From positions 9,266 to 73,265 of the forward strand of contig JBBDIG010000045.1 in the NCBI GenBank assembly GCA_040880525.1: a stretch of 64,000 nucleotides of DNA. The letters run 5' to 3'. The DNA is from Bacteroidia bacterium. Its GTDB lineage: Bacteria > Bacteroidota > Bacteroidia > CAILMK01 > JBBDIG01. The translations under genes and the position numbers were made by a program. Below the pieces are notes generated by a model. The model ran no database searches. It was not told the origin of the DNA and was given only the letters and a program-made list of their open reading frames with translations. Of this stretch, positions 8,645 to 18,601 are shown piece after piece; position 1 is the stretch's first letter, and every line of letters begins with the position of its first letter.

Positions 8645-10036
8645 TCATTGCCTTACTAATGCAGAAAGGCGGGCTGGTCTTGCAAGTTCGTATGTGAGCC
8701 AACCGGCCACGATCATATATTCTAACAATATCAAAAAATAATTTTCCTGATACGGATACGTAGAATAGGCAATGTAAGTGAGCGGGATCAAAGCGCTCCA
8801 TACCACCGGAAAGCGCAATGACGTAAGGCTGCAAAATGCGAGGAGCGAAGCAAGATACCACGGATGCACCGTGCTGGCAGTGAAATAATAAAAGGACATC
8901 ACCCAGAGCATGGCCAGTGGCAAATAGCGTAACCCCTTTGGCCGGTCGTTCATTAAAAGCAAAAGATAGCGTGCGTAAACCATGATCAGTCCGGCAAGCA
9001 GCGCAATATTCATCACAAGCGTAGCAGCAGTTCGGTCACCTCCTGATTTATACGCCAGCTCTTTCGCCACCAGGTACAGGCCGGGATTGAACTCAAAAGA
9101 TTCATAGTACAGGCGAATGCTACTCCAGATTGCGGTGTACGGACTGAACCCGCCCATAGTCCAGCCTATAAGCAACAGCACTGATATAAAGACTAGCAGA
9201 TTCAGGACTGATTTCTTGTACCGCCAGTTTTTAGGATTTTTTGTATTGGAAATGAGAACTGTACCCAGGAGCAGGGGCAGAAAGAAAATTGGCAGCAGTT
9301 TTACCGCAACAGCAAACGCGAGTGCTACAGCCGCAGAAAGTGTTCTTCCCTTTATCAAAAGCCAAATCATAAGCAATGAAAAAAAGATCATCAGCGCCTC
9401 AAAATGCAGATTGCCCATCAGCTCTATTATGATCAGCGGACTCAACGCATACCACAGCACTTGTTTTTGCGGAAGATTAAAGATCCGTGCAAGCTTCAGC
9501 AGCAGTATAATGCTTCCGCACTCCGCCAGCAGGATGAATCCTTTCATCACCACCACAGGCTCCCACAACTGCCCTGGAAAGAGCCAGGCCGAAAGCGCAA
9601 ATATCCACTGGTTAACAGGTGGATATACTGAAAAGTACTCCGGGGAATTGAGTAATGGATACAACCGGTTGGGGAATGCACCTTCTCCTCCCGCAGTCAA
9701 TTCCTGCAGCATTTGTGAGGGCAGGGCGCTATAGGCATTTATACCGTTTGCCCACAAATTTCCATCCCACAGAAACCGGTAGAAATCATCAGACAGGCCA
9801 GGCAGCGAAAACAACAGTACCAGCCGCATCAGCACGGCAAATACCAAAAGTAGCTTCACAATTCTGTCCTGAGACGCGGTCGCCATCATTCCCGCATATA
9901 ATAGGAACAGCAATGCGTACTGGCCAATGACAGCCGGAAAGAGCGTCCGATCTGTAAAATAGCAAAGGCTGATGGTTGTAAAAAGGCTTCCCGCCATCAT
10001 CAACAAAAGAAACCACAAGCGCCTGTTCATATCCAT
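8645..10036 (-). CDS. polytopic integral membrane protein, probable GT-C-fold glycosyltransferase (DUF2029/mannosyltransferase-like)
   Basis: 463 aa, ~11-12 hydrophobic segments. Same strand as gldC and the GT2 gene, with short gaps; no catalytic motif can be verified by eye. Confidence 0.6.
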   Translation of the reverse strand: MDMNRRLWFLLLMMAGSLFTTISLCYFTDRTLFPAVIGQYALLFLLYAGMMATASQDRIVKLLLVFAVLMRLVLLFSLPGLSDDFYRFLWDGNLWANGINAYSALPSQMLQELTAGGEGAFPNRLYPLLNSPEYFSVYPPVNQWIFALSAWLFPGQLWEPVVVMKGFILLAECGSIILLLKLARIFNLPQKQVLWYALSPLIIIELMGNLHFEALMIFFSLLMIWLLIKGRTLSAAVALAFAVAVKLLPIFFLPLLLGTVLISNTKNPKNWRYKKSVLNLLVFISVLLLIGWTMGGFSPYTAIWSSIRLYYESFEFNPGLYLVAKELAYKSGGDRTAATLVMNIALLAGLIMVYARYLLLLMNDRPKGLRYLPLAMLWVMSFYYFTASTVHPWYLASLLAFCSLTSLRFPVVWSALIPLTYIAYSTYPYQENYFLILLEYMIVAGWLTYELARPARLSALVRQ

Positions 10037-10086
10037 TCAAATTTCAGGGTTCTCAGGCGGAAGGCGGAAATTGAACAGGTTAGGCA

Positions 10087-11643
10087 TCAGTCAAGAAAAG
10101 GTGAGGTTTTGCGGTTGTGCTGCACCGTCATCCAGGCGAGGCTGCCGAAGCCAATGGTGAGGAGAAGGAAGAACGGTGTGATCAAAAATTCTCCTGTGAA
10201 GCAAGTGCCTATAAGGCCGCCAAAGAAATAAAGCGCGAGCAACCCTTCCCAAAAGGAACGGTGAAATGATGAGCGTTTTACATAGCGGTTCCTGCTCGGC
10301 ATTTGTGCGTTCTCAAGAACATTAAATTTAGGTGTCCTCACAAATTCTGACCGGTAACCCAACCATGCCCGCAATACGGCCAGTGAATTGAAAAAAGAAA
10401 AGGCCATCGAGAAAGCAATAAATACCGGGAAATGGAGCAGAAAATAGGTGATAGCAGCTTTCCACCCCTTCTTTTTGATTAAACATGAAATAAAAAAATA
10501 GAAACAGAGATTTATAAAACATAATATAAATACGGTCAGGAAATCAATATTCAGCGTGGCCTGTAATTGTAATTTTATTAATGAAAAAGGTACACTTATT
10601 AATACGAGTATAAAGCTGAAAACGAAGAGCGTACTGTTGAATACATGAAAAAGAGCGTGGAGCTTTTTGCGAAATGGAATCTTTGCCCGGAGGATCATGG
10701 CCCAGAGTTTCAGGCCGGTTTCTGCAGAACCCTTAGCCCAGCGATACTGCTGACTTTTCACCGCATTTATTTCCACCGGCAGTTCTGAAGGTGCTTCAAG
10801 GTCTTCGAGAAAATTAAATTGCCATCCCCGCAATTGGGCACGGTAGCTAAGGTCCAGGTCTTCGGTGATGGTGTCGTGCTCCCAGCCGCCCGCATCCGTA
10901 ATGGCGTTTTTTCGCCATACGCCCGCAGTTCCGTTAAAGTTAAAAAAGAGCCGGCCATTGTGACGTCCGCGCTGCTCTACCAGAAAGTGGGCATCCAGGA
11001 AAAAAGCCTGGATACGCGTGAGCCAGGAATATTGCTCATTCAGGTAGGTCCACCTGGCCTGCACCATTCCTGTCTTCTCAGAGGTAAATCCCCGCATCGC
11101 CCTGCGCAAAAAATCCGGAGCCGGCAGAAAGTCTGCATCGAAAATGGCAATGAACTCGCCTTGCGCCTGCTCAAGGCCAAATTGCAGCGCTCCGGCTTTG
11201 TAGCCCTTTCTGCCATCGCGCTGCAGGTGCCGGATATTGCAGCCCTTGTTCTTCCAAAAGTTTACTCTTTCCGATATTATTGCAGAGGTCTCGTCAGTAG
11301 AATCATCCAGCACCTGTATTTCCAGGCGCGCAGCGGGATAGTCAAATGCGGCAACAGCATCTATAAGCCGTCCCACCACATAGTATTCATTATATACAGG
11401 CAACTGCACGGTGACGGCTGGAAGCTCAACAGCTTCGGGAAGCGGCTCACCCGACCGTTTGCCGCTCAGGGCCAGCAGGGTAACATGGCATTGCGCCAGG
11501 CTGAAGATCAGCAGCACCATCAACAACACACAATAAACTGAAAGAAGCGTTAACGCAACCATTTTGCAAAGATGAAAAATCCGCACGGGGCTCGTGCTTT
11601 CAGCCTTATGGAACAAAGCCCTGAATGGCGCCTGCGGAACCAA
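10087..11643 (-). CDS. processive family-2 glycosyltransferase (cellulose/chitin/hyaluronan-synthase-like)
   Basis: 518 aa. N-terminal TM, then QVLDDSTDETS (DxD), FDADF, and the QQYRW (QxxRW) motif of processive beta-glycan synthases. Four C-terminal TM helices. Confidence 0.85.
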   Translation of the reverse strand: MVPQAPFRALFHKAESTSPVRIFHLCKMVALTLLSVYCVLLMVLLIFSLAQCHVTLLALSGKRSGEPLPEAVELPAVTVQLPVYNEYYVVGRLIDAVAAFDYPAARLEIQVLDDSTDETSAIISERVNFWKNKGCNIRHLQRDGRKGYKAGALQFGLEQAQGEFIAIFDADFLPAPDFLRRAMRGFTSEKTGMVQARWTYLNEQYSWLTRIQAFFLDAHFLVEQRGRHNGRLFFNFNGTAGVWRKNAITDAGGWEHDTITEDLDLSYRAQLRGWQFNFLEDLEAPSELPVEINAVKSQQYRWAKGSAETGLKLWAMILRAKIPFRKKLHALFHVFNSTLFVFSFILVLISVPFSLIKLQLQATLNIDFLTVFILCFINLCFYFFISCLIKKKGWKAAITYFLLHFPVFIAFSMAFSFFNSLAVLRAWLGYRSEFVRTPKFNVLENAQMPSRNRYVKRSSFHRSFWEGLLALYFFGGLIGTCFTGEFLITPFFLLLTIGFGSLAWMTVQHNRKTSPFLD

Positions 11644-12486
11644 TTTTAATAAATTGTGAAGGATCGTAATTTTATCATATCTCTTGCAACTATTTTCCCC
11701 TGCTATAAGTCTTTAGAGTATGATTTTGCCTTCTCCCTTCTTTTCGTTTTATGCAATGAAATATACATTGATTAAAATAGCAATATGTGTTGCAGGCTTG
11801 TTGGTCTTTGGCATCCTGTATTGGTACTGAATATATTAACTTTCTTCATCTGCCGAAGTAATTTTATTTTCCTGCACTCGTCATTCCTATCCACAGAATC
11901 CATTCATTTCAAAATCATTTCTACCTCCTCCTGCCCCGTAGCATTTGACTACGATAAATCTGCTTATTTGCACAAATAGAGTTTGCATTGCTCCTGTAAG
12001 AGTATGGCCGGTTCAAGCCCGGTTTGCGAGAATGGCCCCTTTACTTTTGTATCGGAAAGCAAGTACTGTTAGGAAAAGGGAAAATGCCTGAACCTGAAAG
12101 CACGCAGAAAGTAGTTGGATAAGTGAAGTTGGGATAAAAACCGGAGGAGTCTTTTGGGAAAATTCTCTCCTTCCGGTTTTTGACGAACGTGTTTTCAAGG
12201 GAAGGTTGCTTCCCTTTTCTTTTTTACTGCCGGTGCTCCCGCCTCGTGGATCTTCATCCGTGCCTTTCTAATCAGGCAAGCGGGGAACTCTCCTGACATC
12301 GCCTCAATCATTTACGATTAACCCTTTATTAATTTTCGGGTAAGGATGCCTTTATGCTTAACAGGCATCTTTGCATCGTAATAAAAAAAGCAAACTTCAT
12401 CTTCGGCTTCCGAACAGGTTGAACCTGAGCATACGTAAAAGACTATCCTTTTCATTACCATCTTTTTTAAGTATCTATTCCAGTCA

Positions 12487-12530
12487 GCGAAGGAGGAGCA
12501 AGCAGTTCCTCCTTCGCTATTTTATGATTT
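12487..12530 (+). terminator. terminator-like hairpin in the 5' leader of the ABC permease operon (possible attenuator)
   Basis: agcgaaggagga-gcaagcagt-tcctccttcgct is a perfect 12-bp stem followed by attttatgattttt. It sits 65 nt upstream of the 12595 start and at the end of a ~950-bp ORF-free region. Confidence 0.4.
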
Positions 12531-12594
12531 TTGAATTCTTAATAAAATCAGTCATTCCCACCGCTTAATCATAAATTAGTAGGAGTTTTGGCTC

Positions 12595-14043
12595 ATGACA
12601 ATGTACTTCGTCAGGCGCCTTCTGCTATTTATTCCGTCTTTGTTTATCATCTCGCTGCTGGCTTTTGCCATCAGTGCGAGTGCCCCTGGCGATCCGGTGA
12701 GTCGTCTGGCGAAAGGTGGAAATGAAGGGCCGCTGCAATCGTCATCTTCCACATTGAGGGCACAACAACAGATGCGGGAACGGCTGGGTCTCAACTTGCC
12801 CTTATTCTATTTCAGCGTTGCCAGTATTGCCACGCCTGATACGCTCCACCGTATCCCTGAAAAAAGTCATCGCCAGGCACTGGAGCGGCTGGTAGCAGCG
12901 CATGGAAACTGGAATGCCGTCAAAAAATATTACCTGCAACTGAAAACTGCCTACACGTTGAATGAACAACTTTTAAGGCAAAATCCCAAAGATCCCGAGT
13001 TGCTCCAAACCTCGCTGATCCATATTCAATCGCTGCTTCAAAGCTGGGATCCTGTACTGATCCGGGAACGCTTGCAGCTACTGAAAAATATTGCATCGCA
13101 GACAGAAATATCGGTACTGTACCAGTCATTGGATCAATCGGCTGTTGCTTTTGAAAGTGTTCTGGAAAATGAGAAACGCTGGCAAGTCCTCGTTCCCATG
13201 CTTCACTGGCATGGCTTCCGGAATCAATATCACCGCTGGATGTTTGGCGATGGGCAAACCGCACAGGGAATTGTCCGGGGCGATTTCGGCATTTCTTACC
13301 GGGATCATCGGGAGATCAGCAGCCGCCTGCCTGAACGATTTTGGTGGTCATTCATCCTGGCCTTTTTTGCCGTTGTACTTGCCTACAGCGTAAGCCTTCC
13401 TGCGGGGATGTTTGCAGCGTACTATCGTGACCGGTTTGCTGATCGCGGCCTGTCTATGCTTTTCTTCGGACTTTATTCCCTTCCCAATTTTTTTGCAGGA
13501 ACGCTGCTCCTGGTGCTTTTTGCTAATCCGGAGGTTTTTGACTGGTTCCCGGTTTCCGGGGTTAACAACCCTGTGGTGTTTGATTCCGGCTGGCCGCTTT
13601 GGAAGCGCGCCTTGCACAGCGCGCCCTATCTTGTGCTGCCTGTCATCACTTATGCCTACGGTTCCTTTGCATTTCTGAGCAGGCAAATGCGGGCCGCAAT
13701 GGTGGATACCCTGCAGCAGGAGTACATTATAACCGCCCGCGCTAAGGGTCTGAACGAATGGAAGGTGGTAACGAAACACGCGCTTAAAAACTCACTGCTG
13801 CCAATCATTACGCTTTTCGCCAATGTCTTTCCGGCTGCCATTGCAGGTTCCGTTATTGTTGAAACCATCTTTTCCATTCCCGGAATGGGCCTGGAGATAT
13901 ATCAATCCATCCTGAACCACGACTACCCGATGGTGGTGGCCATATTTACCCTGACCGGCTTCCTCACCCTTTCGGGCTACCTGCTGGCGGATATCCTTTA
14001 TGTCCTGGCTGATCCCCGCATTTCGTATTCCAATCCGCGTTAG
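12595..14043 (+). CDS. ABC transporter permease, DppB/OppB family, with ~170-aa periplasmic insertion
   Basis: Conserved PGDP N-terminus, GDFGISY, and EYIITARAKGLNEWKVVTKHALKNSLLPIIT (EAA loop) motifs. The extra segment between TM1 and the core (residues ~35-215) is not found in canonical 310-340-aa DppB. Confidence 0.9.
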   Translation: MTMYFVRRLLLFIPSLFIISLLAFAISASAPGDPVSRLAKGGNEGPLQSSSSTLRAQQQMRERLGLNLPLFYFSVASIATPDTLHRIPEKSHRQALERLVAAHGNWNAVKKYYLQLKTAYTLNEQLLRQNPKDPELLQTSLIHIQSLLQSWDPVLIRERLQLLKNIASQTEISVLYQSLDQSAVAFESVLENEKRWQVLVPMLHWHGFRNQYHRWMFGDGQTAQGIVRGDFGISYRDHREISSRLPERFWWSFILAFFAVVLAYSVSLPAGMFAAYYRDRFADRGLSMLFFGLYSLPNFFAGTLLLVLFANPEVFDWFPVSGVNNPVVFDSGWPLWKRALHSAPYLVLPVITYAYGSFAFLSRQMRAAMVDTLQQEYIITARAKGLNEWKVVTKHALKNSLLPIITLFANVFPAAIAGSVIVETIFSIPGMGLEIYQSILNHDYPMVVAIFTLTGFLTLSGYLLADILYVLADPRISYSNPR

Positions 14044-14048
14044 CTCCC

Positions 14049-15368
14049 ATGAAGAAAACCCGCCATCCCTCACCCCGAAAGGCTGCCTGGGCCAGGTTCA
14101 GGAAAAATCGCGCTGCCCTGCTTTCGCTCTGGCTTGTGGGCCTTCTGTTGCTCATCGCTTTGCTCAAAGACCTTCTCGCCACTGATCTGCCGCTGTATGC
14201 GCGCTTTCACGGCCAGTCCTTCTATCCGGCTTTTGCAGCCATAACGGAAGTGGCAGCAACAGATTCCTTTCAGGATCCGGCAACTGGGAAATGGGAGCGG
14301 CTGCAATATGACATCGTAAATTGGAAGCAACTGAATTTCGAAGCTGTCTGGTGGGCACCCATTCCCTGGTCGCCCCACAGGCCTGACCGGCTGAACAGTA
14401 ATTACGTGGGGCCTGCGGAGCAGCAGCATATTCTTTCACAGGAAGGAAAGCTTGCCGAGATGCCGCTCAGATTTCGTCATTTTCTGGGAACTAACGCAAT
14501 TGGACAGGACGTTGCAGCCGGTATTGTTCATGGTGCTGCCGTCTCGCTGCAAGTTGGATTGCTGGCTGCCGCCATTGGCACCTTCATTGGAATTTTGCTG
14601 GGCGCTTTTGCAGGATTTTCAGGTAACGACCGCCTGCAAATGGGAACTGCTGATTTTTGGGCTGCCCTTGTCGGCATCTGCCTCGGATTCTTCTATGGGT
14701 TTTCGGTCAGGCGTTTTATCATTTCTGATGCTTTTGCAAAAGGAATAGTACCCGGAATGTTTCAGCTTTTTGCCGGCATCGTCATCGCTTCTGTATTCGT
14801 TTTAATTTTAATTTTAATTTCCAAATTAATATTTAAAAATAAAAAAAGTAAAATACCCGTGCCGGTGGATACGGTGGTAATGAAAATCATAGAAATACTC
14901 AATTCATTGCCGCGTCTTTTACTCATCCTTACCATAGCGGCAATAGCAGGGCGAAGCATCGCGATGATAATTCTGGTGATCGGATTCACCATGTGGACGG
15001 GCATTGCGCGAATCACTCGTGCGGAAATGCTAAGGTTGCGCCACCTCGGTTTTATTGAAGCATCTCATGCGCTGGGTTTCCAGCAGCGGAGGATCATTTG
15101 GGTTCACGCCTTGCCAAATGCTCTTGGGCCAGTATTCGTTTCCGTGGCCTTTGCTGTGGCAGCCGCCATTCTGCTGGAGTCTGCGCTCAGCTTTTTGGGG
15201 ATTGGCTTGCCTGCGGAGACGGTTTCCTGGGGATCGCTGCTAAGTGCGGGCAGGCAACAATTTCAGGCCTGGTGGCTGGTGATATTTCCGGGGCTGGCCG
15301 TATTTTTTACTGTTACTGCTTTTAATTTAATAGGCGAAGGATTGCGGGACGCCATTGATCCGAAATAG
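14049..15368 (+). CDS. ABC transporter permease, DppC/OppC family, extended
   Basis: ITRAEMLRLRHLGFIEASHALGFQQRRIIWVHALPNALGPV EAA-loop region. 439 aa versus ~300 typical: ~100-aa N-terminal periplasmic extension and an internal hydrophobic insertion (~14760-14880). Confidence 0.9.
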   Translation: MKKTRHPSPRKAAWARFRKNRAALLSLWLVGLLLLIALLKDLLATDLPLYARFHGQSFYPAFAAITEVAATDSFQDPATGKWERLQYDIVNWKQLNFEAVWWAPIPWSPHRPDRLNSNYVGPAEQQHILSQEGKLAEMPLRFRHFLGTNAIGQDVAAGIVHGAAVSLQVGLLAAAIGTFIGILLGAFAGFSGNDRLQMGTADFWAALVGICLGFFYGFSVRRFIISDAFAKGIVPGMFQLFAGIVIASVFVLILILISKLIFKNKKSKIPVPVDTVVMKIIEILNSLPRLLLILTIAAIAGRSIAMIILVIGFTMWTGIARITRAEMLRLRHLGFIEASHALGFQQRRIIWVHALPNALGPVFVSVAFAVAAAILLESALSFLGIGLPAETVSWGSLLSAGRQQFQAWWLVIFPGLAVFFTVTAFNLIGEGLRDAIDPK

Positions 15369-15537
15369 TCATAAAAAGAAATTGGCAGTTTACAGATGAC
15401 AGTATACCACGGGTAATGTGGCATGCAGCAAAAGGACATTAGAACGCTTAAATAGAAAAGCTTCCAACTATAATTCTATAGTACTCTTTGTCGCGATATA
15501 ATTGTTTATTTTATTCGGCTGATATATTTAAGTAAAG

Positions 15538-16602
15538 CTAAAACTCTTTAATAAAACGAAGAGTCCGTTCATCAAATGAAACCTCTTTATGCTCGTGAAA
15601 TTTATAAGTAATTGGAAGGTAGAAGAGCGGATGATTCTTGATAAGGCTAAAATGTTTCATCGTTTCCAGCCTCCGCAGATCCTTCTCAGTTGTAATAAGT
15701 ATTTTATTAGGATTATACATTTCCTTGTACCGAACAAGAATTTTTTCCAGATCCTTTTCTGAAAAGCGGTGGTGATCCTGGAATTCCATCAGGAAAACTT
15801 CCTTGCATTTGCGCTCCAGAAAAAATTTCATGGGAACAGGATTGGCAATTCCGGTAAACAGGAGAACACTGGTCCGGCTCAGTTCACGGGTTTCAGGAGG
15901 ATCAGTGGCGGGATCGGTGGCGTGCTGCAGTTCTTCATATTTAATAAATGAAAAATAAACCGGCTGGTGTGGGTACGGTTTCAAACGATCCAGCAATCGT
16001 CTTTCCTCAAAGGGCGAAAGCACGATCGGGTTTTTGGTGACAACTATAATGTCTGCTCTTTTGCGGCTGCCTCTTGGCTCACGGAGTCGTCCTGCCGGAA
16101 GCAGGAAACCTTCAAAAAATGGAAGGGAATAATCCGTCAGCAGAATATTGAGGCCCGGCTCTACCGCCCGGTGCTGGAATGAATCATCAAGAATTACCAC
16201 TTGCGTATCCTTCACTTCCTTCTTTAGCCGTTGGATGCCTGCCACCCGGTTTTCTGAAACTGCCACAGCAAGCTCAGGAAATTTCCGCTTGAGCTGATAA
16301 GGTTCGTCACCGGCATTCTGTGCGGTCGCTTTTTTATCTAAAAGATAATAGCCTTTTGTATTGCGCTTATATCCGCGGCTAATGACAGCGGGTTTGATTT
16401 TATTAGCATAACACAGTTTTACCAGGTATTCAACTGTGGGGGTTTTGCCCGTTCCTCCCACTGAAAGATTTCCTATACCTATCACAGGAAAGTCGAAGCG
16501 CGTACTTTTGAGAATTTTCCAGTCATACAGCTTGTTACGGCACCAAATGGCAATGCCATAAAAAAGTGAAAATGGAAGGAGAAGTAATTTTAGTATTTTC
16601 AC
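15538..16602 (-). CDS. lpxK: tetraacyldisaccharide 4'-kinase
   Basis: N-terminus ...FDFPVIGIGNLSVGGTGKTP (P-loop) and length of 354 aa are characteristic of LpxK. Confidence 0.9.
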   Translation of the reverse strand: MKILKLLLLPFSLFYGIAIWCRNKLYDWKILKSTRFDFPVIGIGNLSVGGTGKTPTVEYLVKLCYANKIKPAVISRGYKRNTKGYYLLDKKATAQNAGDEPYQLKRKFPELAVAVSENRVAGIQRLKKEVKDTQVVILDDSFQHRAVEPGLNILLTDYSLPFFEGFLLPAGRLREPRGSRKRADIIVVTKNPIVLSPFEERRLLDRLKPYPHQPVYFSFIKYEELQHATDPATDPPETRELSRTSVLLFTGIANPVPMKFFLERKCKEVFLMEFQDHHRFSEKDLEKILVRYKEMYNPNKILITTEKDLRRLETMKHFSLIKNHPLFYLPITYKFHEHKEVSFDERTLRFIKEF

Positions 16603-16636
16603 GCGCTAAAATTACAAATATTCATTCTACCCGGCT

Positions 16637-17761
16637 ATGAGCGCAGCTTTTCAGGACATCGTAACATTTCTTAACTCCGTAGCACCTCCTGCGCTTCAGG
16701 AGCAATATGACAATTCGGGATTACTCACCGGTAATCCGGGGACCAGGGTAAAAGGAGTCTTAATCGCCCTGGATGTTACCGAGGACATAATAGATGAAGC
16801 CATTGAAAAGAAATGCAATTTAATAGTGGCGCACCATCCCCTTATATTTAAAGGTATAAAAAGTCTGACAGGGCGAGACTGGGTGGAACGCACGGTCATT
16901 AAAGCAATAAAGAATGACATAGGAATATTGGCCGTACATACAAACCTGGACAATATTTTCAACGGAGTGAATGCCCGAATTTGCGAGCGGCTGGGAATCC
17001 GGGAGCGTGAAATACTTGCACCCAAAAATGGCGGTCTCATAAAGATCGTTACGTTTTGTCCCTCAGGCGCTGACGAAGATGGCAATTCCATTCCGCAAAA
17101 AGTTCGGGAAGCCATGTTTGCTGCAGGTGCCGGCCATATTGGCAATTATGATCACTGCAGCTACATCCTATCGGGCACAGGAACATTCAGAGCGGGCAAA
17201 GGTGCAGATCCTTTTGTTGGCGATCTGGAAAAGGAGCACCACGAGCAGGAGGAGCGAATTGAAACCATTGCTCCGCGCTACCTGCAACGGCAAATCATAC
17301 AGGCAATGATTGAGGCTCATCCTTATGAGGAAGTGGCGTATGATATTTATCCCCTGGAGAACGAGCATCCTCGTACCGGAGCTGGCATGATTGGAAATCT
17401 GGAAGCCCCGATTCCGGAGCATGACTTTATGCAGTGGCTGAAAGACCGGATGAATGTGAAAGTGATAAGGCATACGCAGCTCAGAGGCACTGATATCCAA
17501 AGGGTGGCAGTATGCGGAGGGTCAGGAAGTTTCCTGCTAGAGAAAGCCATCAGTGCCGGTGCGGATGTTTTTATAACCGGAGATTTTAAATACCACCAGT
17601 TTTTTGATGGGGAAGGAAATATCCTCATAGCAGATATTGGCCATTATGAAAGTGAGCAGTACACTATCCACCTATTGCACGAACTTTTAACTGAGAAATT
17701 CACTACTTTTGCACTCCGAAAAACGGAGCTTATCACTAATCCCGTAAACTATTTCTATTAA
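16637..17761 (+). CDS. Nif3-like dinuclear metal-centre protein (YqfO/GTP cyclohydrolase 1 type 2 family)
   Basis: 374 aa. N-terminal NIF3 half (LIVAHHPLIF, HTNLD), a PII-like insert, and C-terminal NIF3 half (GDFKYHQF, IADIGHYESE). Confidence 0.9.
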   Translation: MSAAFQDIVTFLNSVAPPALQEQYDNSGLLTGNPGTRVKGVLIALDVTEDIIDEAIEKKCNLIVAHHPLIFKGIKSLTGRDWVERTVIKAIKNDIGILAVHTNLDNIFNGVNARICERLGIREREILAPKNGGLIKIVTFCPSGADEDGNSIPQKVREAMFAAGAGHIGNYDHCSYILSGTGTFRAGKGADPFVGDLEKEHHEQEERIETIAPRYLQRQIIQAMIEAHPYEEVAYDIYPLENEHPRTGAGMIGNLEAPIPEHDFMQWLKDRMNVKVIRHTQLRGTDIQRVAVCGGSGSFLLEKAISAGADVFITGDFKYHQFFDGEGNILIADIGHYESEQYTIHLLHELLTEKFTTFALRKTELITNPVNYFY

Positions 17762-18513
17762 TGGACGCATCAGTTGAGAATAAACTGCAAGCGCTTTATC
17801 ACCTGCAACTTATTGACACCGAATTGGACAGGATCAAAAACATCCGTGGCGAATTGCCAATGGAAGTGAGCGATCTGGAAGACACAATTGAAGGATTGCA
17901 GACGCGCGTTGAGAAATTGCAGAATGATATTAACGATCTGACAAAAACCATTGAAGATCGTAAAAGCGGAATCAAAGAAAGTAAAAACCTCATTCAGAAG
18001 TACGAAGAGCAGCAGAATGATGTTAAGAACAACCGCGAATTCCTGGCGCTGACCAAAGAGGTTGAATTGCAAAAACTGGAGATCATGGCTTCTGAAAAGA
18101 AGATCAAGGAACACCAGCAGGATATTGAGGCCAAGGAACTGCTGCTCACCAAAACCAAATCTGAATTAGAAGATCGCAGCCGCGAGCTTGAAGGTAAGAA
18201 AGGTGAACTTGGAAGTATAATAGAAGATACTGAAAAGGAAACTTCAAGCCTGATAGCCAAGCGTGAGAAAGCATTGGCGGCTATTGACGACCGGCTTGAA
18301 GCCGCTTATGTGCGAATTCGCTCCAACGTAGTGAATGGCCAGGCAGTGGTTACTATTGAGCGTGAAGCATGCGGTGGTTGTTTCAGCCAAATCCCACCAC
18401 AGCGCCAGCTTGATATTCGCCAGCGCAAAAAAATAATTGTCTGCGAAAACTGCGGACGTATTTTCGTTGACAAGGATATGGCGATAGAAGTGGCTGACGA
18501 TGTGAAAGCATAA
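17761..18513 (+). CDS. coiled-coil protein with C-terminal C4 zinc-ribbon (COG1579-like, conserved Nif3 neighbour)
   Basis: Long heptad-rich region, then CGGCFSQIP...CENCGRIF. Start codon overlaps the stop of the Nif3 gene (ATGG at 17761). Confidence 0.8.
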   Translation: MDASVENKLQALYHLQLIDTELDRIKNIRGELPMEVSDLEDTIEGLQTRVEKLQNDINDLTKTIEDRKSGIKESKNLIQKYEEQQNDVKNNREFLALTKEVELQKLEIMASEKKIKEHQQDIEAKELLLTKTKSELEDRSRELEGKKGELGSIIEDTEKETSSLIAKREKALAAIDDRLEAAYVRIRSNVVNGQAVVTIEREACGGCFSQIPPQRQLDIRQRKKIIVCENCGRIFVDKDMAIEVADDVKA

Positions 18514-18544
18514 TTGTCCAGCCCGTCATTAATCCATAGAAAAA

Positions 18545-18567
18545 GCCCGTAATTCACGGGCTTTTTT
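18545..18567 (+). terminator. rho-independent terminator after the zinc-ribbon gene
   Basis: gcccgt-aattc-acgggc followed by tttttt, 30 nt downstream of the stop at 18513. Confidence 0.65.
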
Positions 18568-18601
18568 ACTTTGTGGTTATATAAACCGGCAGCAATCAGT
18601 C

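Noticed and set aside
9117-10040. Plus-strand ORFs (205, 75 and 91 aa) inside the membrane-protein gene
   Set aside because: They are antisense to a well-supported 463-aa polytopic membrane protein, with Ser/Arg/Pro-rich non-protein-like composition.
12006-12040. tRNA T-arm-like sequence ggccggttcaagcccgg
   Set aside because: No matching acceptor, D or anticodon arms could be built around it, and it does not end in a plausible acceptor stem/CCA context. It is probably a chance GTTCAAG motif within the noncoding leader.
14780-14830. Short ttttaa-type repeat (ttttaattttaattttaatttcc)
   Set aside because: It lies within the DppC-like CDS, encoding a hydrophobic LILILIS stretch. It is simple sequence, not a regulatory repeat or CRISPR array.
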